Shown: positions 58,760 through 64,000 of the stretch, piece by piece
Position numbering within the stretch: the stretch's first letter is position 1
Layout: each line of letters begins with the position of its first letter
NCBI GenBank assembly: GCA_951812955.1
Contig: OX638340.1
Span: 32,001 to 96,000 of the forward strand
Source: an uncultured Gemmatimonadota bacterium
Lineage (GTDB): Bacteria > JAAXHH01
Direction: 5' to 3'
DNA length: 64,000 nt
The notes under the pieces: generated by a model
What the model saw: only the letters and a program-made list of their open reading frames with translations
Databases searched by the model: none
What the model was told of the DNA's origin: nothing
Program-made: the position numbers and the translations under genes

Positions 58760-59602
58760 TCAGCCGACGGCGTAGGCCAGGTAGTAATACACGAAAGGCG
58801 CCGCGAAGAAAACGCTGTCGAACCGGTCCAGTATCCCGCCATGGCCCGGTATGAGGCTAGAAGAATCCTTCAGGCCCGCGTCCCGTTTCACCAGGGACTC
58901 CGCCAGGTCGCCCACTTGGGCGACGATGCCGCCCGCCGCGCCCAGGACGACGCAGTGCAGCGGACTGAGAAAGGGAAACAACGCATATTTGAGCGCGAAC
59001 ATGAAGGCGACGGCGCCGATCAGCCCCCCGATGGCGCCCTCGACGGTCTTGCCCGCGCTGACGCGGGGCAGCAGCTTGCGGCGACCCATCAACCTGCCGG
59101 TAAAGTAGGCGAAGGCGTCGTAGGACCATGGTATGGCGAATGCGAGGAGGACCGGTGCCATGGCCCGGCCTCCCCATGCCGTGACGTCCGGATCGACGAT
59201 GGGCCAGCTGCCCAGGAGGATCAGGTGGCTGCCTAGCAGGCCGATGTAGACGACGCCGAAAACCGTGGCCGCCACGTTATGGAAGTGGGAATGCGCGCCT
59301 TTCCTGAATATCTCCGAAGTGGCGGTCGTAAGCAGGAGGACTGTGAGGATCAGCGGGGCGTGGTTGCCCGCTTCAAGCCAGGCGTCGAGACACAGCAGGA
59401 AAACCGCGGGTACGCCGATGTACCTGTTAGGCGCTGTGTCCCTGGCCGCTGCGATTCCGTGGAATTCGCGCAGGCCGAAGAGCACGACGAGGGTGACGAA
59501 CACGAAGAGGCCCGTTCCGCCCATCCAGCAGAGGAACACGATGCACGGGACGAATACCACGCCCACGATGACACGGACCCACGTCTCCGCGAAGGCGGCC
59601 AT
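58760..59602 (-). CDS. cdsA: Phosphatidate cytidylyltransferase
   Basis: Polytopic membrane protein with the C-terminal motif SxxKRxxxxKDxxxxxPGHGGxxDRxDS. Confidence 0.8.
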   Translation of the reverse strand: MAAFAETWVRVIVGVVFVPCIVFLCWMGGTGLFVFVTLVVLFGLREFHGIAAARDTAPNRYIGVPAVFLLCLDAWLEAGNHAPLILTVLLLTTATSEIFRKGAHSHFHNVAATVFGVVYIGLLGSHLILLGSWPIVDPDVTAWGGRAMAPVLLAFAIPWSYDAFAYFTGRLMGRRKLLPRVSAGKTVEGAIGGLIGAVAFMFALKYALFPFLSPLHCVVLGAAGGIVAQVGDLAESLVKRDAGLKDSSSLIPGHGGILDRFDSVFFAAPFVYYYLAYAVG

Positions 59603-59616
59603 GGAGATCCACTCCG

Positions 59617-60396
59617 TTACGTGTTGTGAGAAGAGACCTGCTCGCCGGTCCGACCGAAACGGCGTTCTCTCGACTGGTAATCCCTGACGGCCGCGATGAA
59701 ATGGCTGCGTGTGAAATCGGGCCAGAGGACCGGTGATACCAGGATTTCGGTATAGGCCAACTGGTAGAGCAGGAAGTTGCTGATCCGCATCTCACCGCTG
59801 GTCCGGATCAACAGGTCCGGGTCGGGAAGGTGCTCCGTGTACAGGTAGGAAGCAAAAAGTGTTTCGTCGATGGCTTCCGGATCCAACCTGCCTGCCTGGA
59901 CGTCCAGGGCGATACATTGCGCGGCTTCGACGATCTCCTGCCTGCCGCCGTAATTCAAGGCGAAATTCAACAGAAGGCGGTCGTTGCCCGCCGTTTGCTC
60001 GGTTATCTGACGTATGACCTGACGATTGGATTCCGGTAGTTCGTCCCACCTGCCCAGGAAGGAGACCCGGATCCCGTGTGTGCTGGCTTCCTCGAAGGCG
60101 CCCTGGAGCGATTCGACGATCAACCGCATGATGGCGGCGACTTCCCGCCTGGGCCGGTTCCAGTTCTCGGTGGAGAACCCAAAGAAGGTGAGGATCCCGA
60201 CACCGAACTCCCCTGCACACCGGATCATTTCGCGAACGGACTTCACCCCCGCGGAGTGTCCCTGGTCCCGCGCGAGCCCCTGCTTCTTCGCCCATCGCCC
60301 GTTGCCATCCATGATGAACGCGATGTGGCGGGGCATGCGCTCCGGATGCAATCCTTCTTCCGAGACCGCCCGGTCTTGCTCTGCGTCTCGACCCAC
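59617..60396 (-). CDS. uppS: Isoprenyl transferase (undecaprenyl-diphosphate synthase)
   Basis: PRHIAFIMDGNGRWA and ILTFFGFSTENWNRP motifs. Confidence 0.9.
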   Translation of the reverse strand: MGRDAEQDRAVSEEGLHPERMPRHIAFIMDGNGRWAKKQGLARDQGHSAGVKSVREMIRCAGEFGVGILTFFGFSTENWNRPRREVAAIMRLIVESLQGAFEEASTHGIRVSFLGRWDELPESNRQVIRQITEQTAGNDRLLLNFALNYGGRQEIVEAAQCIALDVQAGRLDPEAIDETLFASYLYTEHLPDPDLLIRTSGEMRISNFLLYQLAYTEILVSPVLWPDFTRSHFIAAVRDYQSRERRFGRTGEQVSSHNT

Positions 60397-60449
60397 GTCA
60401 CCCCCGTAAGGCCGCCGGCGGGTATGGACCCTGAATGGCCGGATTCCGC

Positions 60450-61028
60450 CTATATCTCCAGGATTTCCTGTTCTTTTGCCGATATGGCGCTGTCGATGGA
60501 GGAGATATGCTGGTCGGTGAGATCCTGGATGGTTTTCTGATGCCGTTTGCTTTCATCTTCCGACAACCGGTGGGCTTTCTCTTCGGCCTTGATGCGCTCG
60601 TTCATTTCCCTGCGGACGTTTCGGATCCCGATCTTGCTGTCCTCGCCGAGTTTCTTGATCAGTTTCACGTATTCGTGCCTGCGCTCTTCGGTCAGCGGAG
60701 GTACCGGCAGGTGAATCACGTTGCCGTCGGAATTCGGCATTAGTCCCAGGTCGGACGTCTGGATGGCCCGGACGATTTCGTTGATCATCTGCTTGTCCCA
60801 CGGCTGTATCGAGATCGTGCGGGCGTCCGGCGTGTTCACGGTGGCGACCTGGTTGATGGGCGTCATGGTCCCGTAGGCTTCGACCTGGATGTTGTCCAGC
60901 AAAGCCGGATTGGCCCGGCCGGCCCGGACGCCGGCGAGTTCCGTGCGCAGCACCTCGACGGACTGATCCATTTTTCGATTGGTCTCTTTGATGATCTCAT
61001 TCGCTTCCACGATACACCTCACTGGCAT
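60450..61028 (-). CDS. frr: Ribosome recycling factor
   Basis: Internal start MPVRCIVEANEIIKETNRKMDQSVEVLRTELAGVRAGRANPALLDNIQVEAYG. 192 aa. The upstream about 100 aa of the listed ORF are an artefact. Confidence 0.85.
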   Translation of the reverse strand: MPVRCIVEANEIIKETNRKMDQSVEVLRTELAGVRAGRANPALLDNIQVEAYGTMTPINQVATVNTPDARTISIQPWDKQMINEIVRAIQTSDLGLMPNSDGNVIHLPVPPLTEERRHEYVKLIKKLGEDSKIGIRNVRREMNERIKAEEKAHRLSEDESKRHQKTIQDLTDQHISSIDSAISAKEQEILEI

Positions 61029-61071
61029 CGGAAAACCGGCATCGATCCTGCCGGTTGGGATGTTCGGTTCG

Positions 61072-61668
61072 CTATTCTCCGCCCAGTTCGTACCGGACGA
61101 ACCGTCTGACCATGATATTCTCGCCCAGGGTGGCCACCGCCTCCGTGACCAGCTCCCGCACCGTCTTGTCGGTATCCCGGATGAACGGCTGTTCCAGGAG
61201 ACAGTTTTCCTGGTTGAATTTCTCGATCTTCCCCTGGACGATCCGGTCGATGATATGGTCCGGCTTGCCCTCGTTCCGGGCCTGATTCCGGTAGATCTCC
61301 CGCTCTTGTTCCAGGACGGCTTCTTCAATCTGGTCCCGGTCCACGGCGATAGGACGCGTGGCCGCCACTTGCATGGCGATATCCCGGGCCAGGGTTTGGA
61401 AGGACTCGTTCCGGGCGACGAAATCGGTTTCGCAGTTGATCTCGACCATCGTGGCGATTCGGCTGCCGGGATGGATATAGGTATGAATGATGCCTTCTTT
61501 CGCTTCCCGCGCGCTTTTCTTCGACGCCGCCATGATGCCTTTTTCTCGCAGGAGCGTGACCGCCTGCTCGATACTGCCGCCGGACTCTTCGAGGGCCCGC
61601 TTGCAGTCCATCATCCCGGCGCCGGTCTGGTTCCTCAGGGTCTTTACGTCACTTGCTGATATAGTCAT
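61072..61668 (-). CDS. tsf: Elongation factor Ts (short form)
   Basis: VKTLRNQTGAGMMDCKRALEESGG UBA-like N-terminus. Confidence 0.85.
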   Translation of the reverse strand: MTISASDVKTLRNQTGAGMMDCKRALEESGGSIEQAVTLLREKGIMAASKKSAREAKEGIIHTYIHPGSRIATMVEINCETDFVARNESFQTLARDIAMQVAATRPIAVDRDQIEEAVLEQEREIYRNQARNEGKPDHIIDRIVQGKIEKFNQENCLLEQPFIRDTDKTVRELVTEAVATLGENIMVRRFVRYELGGE

Positions 61669-61793
61669 GAATGCATATCACTCTTAGCGAATGCGGAACA
61701 TCCGCTACGGCCGCCTTTCTCCGGCCACGTATCCGGCTTCGGGCTCGCTCCTCGAATTCCTCGATTTCCTCGACCGGTTCTTCGTATCCGGTT

Positions 61794-62543
61794 TCAGGCT
61801 TGCTCCTCGACTTCTTCGACTTCCTCGACCGGTTCCTCGTCCGAGGGAACGGGCCGGCCGGAGTTGCGCAGCCCTTCTTCCACGGCGCTCGCGACGACTT
61901 CCGTGATGAGGCCGATGGACCGGAGGGCGTCATCGTTCCCCGGTATGGGATAGTCGATCAGGTCGGGGTCGCAGTTCGTATCCAGAATGCTGACGATTGG
62001 GATCTCCAGGGTATTTGCCTCCGCAACCGCGATACGTTCCTTCCGGGTGTCCACCACGAAAATGACACCGGGCAGGTCGCGCATGTCGCGGATTCCGCCC
62101 AGGACCTTCTGAAGGCGATCGCGCTCCTTTTCCAGGCTCGCGGCCTCCTTTTTCGTGAGCGCCGCCATGGTGCCGTGTTCTTTCATTTTCTCGAGTTCTT
62201 CCAGGCGTTTGACGCTGGTCTGGATGGTCTGGAAGTTCGTCAGCATGCCACCGAGCCAGCGCTCCGCGACGTAGAACATGCCGCACCGCTGCGCCATTTC
62301 GATAATGATGGGCCGAGCCTGCTTCTTCGTACCCACGAAGAGGACGGACTGCCCTTTCTCGACGGCCGTGCGCACGGCTTTGTACGCGATTTCGATCTGA
62401 CCGAGCGTCTTCTTCAGATCGATGATGTAGATATTGTTGCGCTCGGCGAATATGAACTGTTTCATCTTCGGGTTCCAGCGTCGGGTCTGGTGACCGAAGT
62501 GAACGCCGGCGTCAAGTAATTCCTGAATGGTCGGAATCCCCAT
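61794..62543 (-). CDS. rpsB: 30S ribosomal protein S2
   Basis: [18 protein letters not shown]. Acidic C-terminal tail [14 protein letters not shown]. Confidence 0.9.
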   Translation of the reverse strand: MGIPTIQELLDAGVHFGHQTRRWNPKMKQFIFAERNNIYIIDLKKTLGQIEIAYKAVRTAVEKGQSVLFVGTKKQARPIIIEMAQRCGMFYVAERWLGGMLTNFQTIQTSVKRLEELEKMKEHGTMAALTKKEAASLEKERDRLQKVLGGIRDMRDLPGVIFVVDTRKERIAVAEANTLEIPIVSILDTNCDPDLIDYPIPGNDDALRSIGLITEVVASAVEEGLRNSGRPVPSDEEPVEEVEEVEEQA

Positions 62544-62595
62544 TGGCGGCTCTGATCTCCTTGTCTGGCAGGCGGATCGGCCTGCGTCCCGTGAA

Positions 62596-63000
62596 TTAAC
62601 GCTTCGAGAACTGGAACCGCTTCCGCGCGCCGGCCAGTCCGTATTTCTTGCGTTCCTTGATACGTGAATCCCGCGTCAGCATGCCCGCTTCGCGCAACGG
62701 GGTGTGCAGGCTTTCATCCATGTCCTTAAGCGCTCTCGCGATTCCGAGCCTCAGCGCCCCGGCCTGTCCGGTCTTGCCTCCGCCGAAGGTCCGGGCAAAC
62801 ACGACCACCTGGTCGTTCATTTCGGTGAGCACCAGGGGTTCCTCGATCGCGGAGACGAGGCCGGCCCGGTCGAAGTATTCGATCAGCGGCTGGTCGTTGA
62901 CCTGGTGGCTCGCTCCCTCCTTCTTCGCGCGCAGCCACACCTTGGCGACGGCACGTTTCCTCCTGCCCACCGCGTGGTGTCCATGGGTATCCGAATTCAT
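62596..63000 (-). CDS. rpsI: 30S ribosomal protein S9
   Basis: [20 protein letters not shown]-terminus ends [17 protein letters not shown]. Confidence 0.9.
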   Translation of the reverse strand: MNSDTHGHHAVGRRKRAVAKVWLRAKKEGASHQVNDQPLIEYFDRAGLVSAIEEPLVLTEMNDQVVVFARTFGGGKTGQAGALRLGIARALKDMDESLHTPLREAGMLTRDSRIKERKKYGLAGARKRFQFSKR

Positions 63001-63019
63001 GCTTCGTTACGCTCCTTTT

Positions 63020-63448
63020 TTATAATTCCAGCGCGACCGGTTTCTGGGCGCTGTGGGGGTGTTCCGCGCCGGCGTACACGCGGAGTTTACGGAATATCTG
63101 CCGGCCGAGGGCGTTGTGCGGCAGCATGCCCTTGATGGCCATGCGCAACACGCGATCCGGATGGCGGGCGGCCATTCGCTCGTAACTGATTGCCTTCAGG
63201 CCGCCGGGATAGCCGCTGTGGCGATAGTAGATCTTGTTCTGTGGCTTCTTGCCGGTCAGGACCACCTTTTCCGCGTTGATGACGATGACGTGGTCGCCGG
63301 TATCCAGGTGCGGCGAGAAGATCGGCTTGTGCTTGCCGCGCAGGATCTTGGCCACTTCGCTGGCCAGCCTGCCGAGCACCTTGCCGTCGGCGTCCACGAC
63401 GTGCCAGTCGCGCTGCAGGTCTTCTTTCTTAACAGTCGGTGTATTCAT
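63020..63448 (-). CDS. rplM: 50S ribosomal protein L13
   Basis: [30 protein letters not shown]. Start at the internal ATG. Confidence 0.9.
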   Translation of the reverse strand: MNTPTVKKEDLQRDWHVVDADGKVLGRLASEVAKILRGKHKPIFSPHLDTGDHVIVINAEKVVLTGKKPQNKIYYRHSGYPGGLKAISYERMAARHPDRVLRMAIKGMLPHNALGRQIFRKLRVYAGAEHPHSAQKPVALEL

Positions 63449-63465
63449 GAATGGTACACGCTCCT

Positions 63466-64000
63466 TTATCCGGTAGCGGCCGGTTGCCATGCGTGGTGTG
63501 ACAACGCGGCGAGACTTTCGGCGTAGGGCCGCCTGGCCACACCGCGTTCAGTGATGATCGCAGACACGTAACGGGCCGGAGTTACGTCGAATGCGGGATT
63601 GTAAACTTCCACCTCTTCGGGCGCGTTGCGTCCGCCCGGCCCCTGGCTGATTTCAGCGGCATTGCGCACTTCGATCGGGATCTCGCTGCCCGACTCGATG
63701 GACAGGTCGATCGACGAGAACGGCGCCGCCACGTAAAGGGGCACGTCGTGCGCATCGGCCAGCACGGCCACGCCATAGGTGCCGATCTTGTTGGCGACGT
63801 CGCCGTTGGCGGCCACACGGTCCGCGCCGACGATCACGCAGTCGATTCGGCCTTCCTTCATGACCTGCGCGGCCATGCTGTCGCAGATGAGCGTCACGCC
63901 GACTCCGGCCTGGGCCAGTTCCCAGGCAGTCAGCCTGGCGCCCTGGAGGACGGGTCTCGTTTCATCCGCGTACACGTGTACGCGCTTTCCTTCATTGTGC
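63466..64000 (-). CDS. mtnA: Methylthioribose-1-phosphate isomerase (eIF-2B alpha/beta/delta-like), C-terminal part; the N-terminus lies beyond the window
   Basis: [43 protein letters not shown] still open at the window end. Confidence 0.65.
   Translation of the reverse strand, partial: HNEGKRVHVYADETRPVLQGARLTAWELAQAGVGVTLICDSMAAQVMKEGRIDCVIVGADRVAANGDVANKIGTYGVAVLADAHDVPLYVAAPFSSIDLSIESGSEIPIEVRNAAEISQGPGGRNAPEEVEVYNPAFDVTPARYVSAIITERGVARRPYAESLAALSHHAWQPAATG

Overview
This is a 64 kb segment of a high-GC (about 65%) bacterial chromosome. Most of it is ordinary housekeeping DNA: transporters, addAB, lpdA, purA, gcvH-PA-PB, accBC, efp, the rpsB-tsf-frr-uppS-cdsA-dxr-rseP cluster and rpsI-rplM. 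The exception is a roughly 10 kb lower-GC accessory island at about 33.05-43.4 kb. It sits between an M20 peptidase gene and the 3' end of a minus-strand tmRNA (ssrA), which is followed by two tRNA-Lys genes. The island carries two candidate anti-phage modules and a toxin-antitoxin pair. The first module (35150-37629) is a four-gene minus-strand operon: a small HsdR_N-like PD-(D/E)XK nuclease, a multiubiquitin-like beta-grasp protein, a ThiF/E1-like enzyme with a cysteine-free N-terminal domain, and a Cys-rich small protein. No JAB-type deubiquitinase is present, so this appears to be an unusual variant of prokaryotic ubiquitin-like conjugation systems. The second module (38965-43072) is a SIR2-HerA pair followed by a third, uncharacterised 391-aa gene. 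A HigB/HigA-like toxin-antitoxin pair (37983-38698) lies between the two modules. No integrase, transposase or CRISPR array was found. All protein-family assignments are from motif recognition by eye, not database searches.
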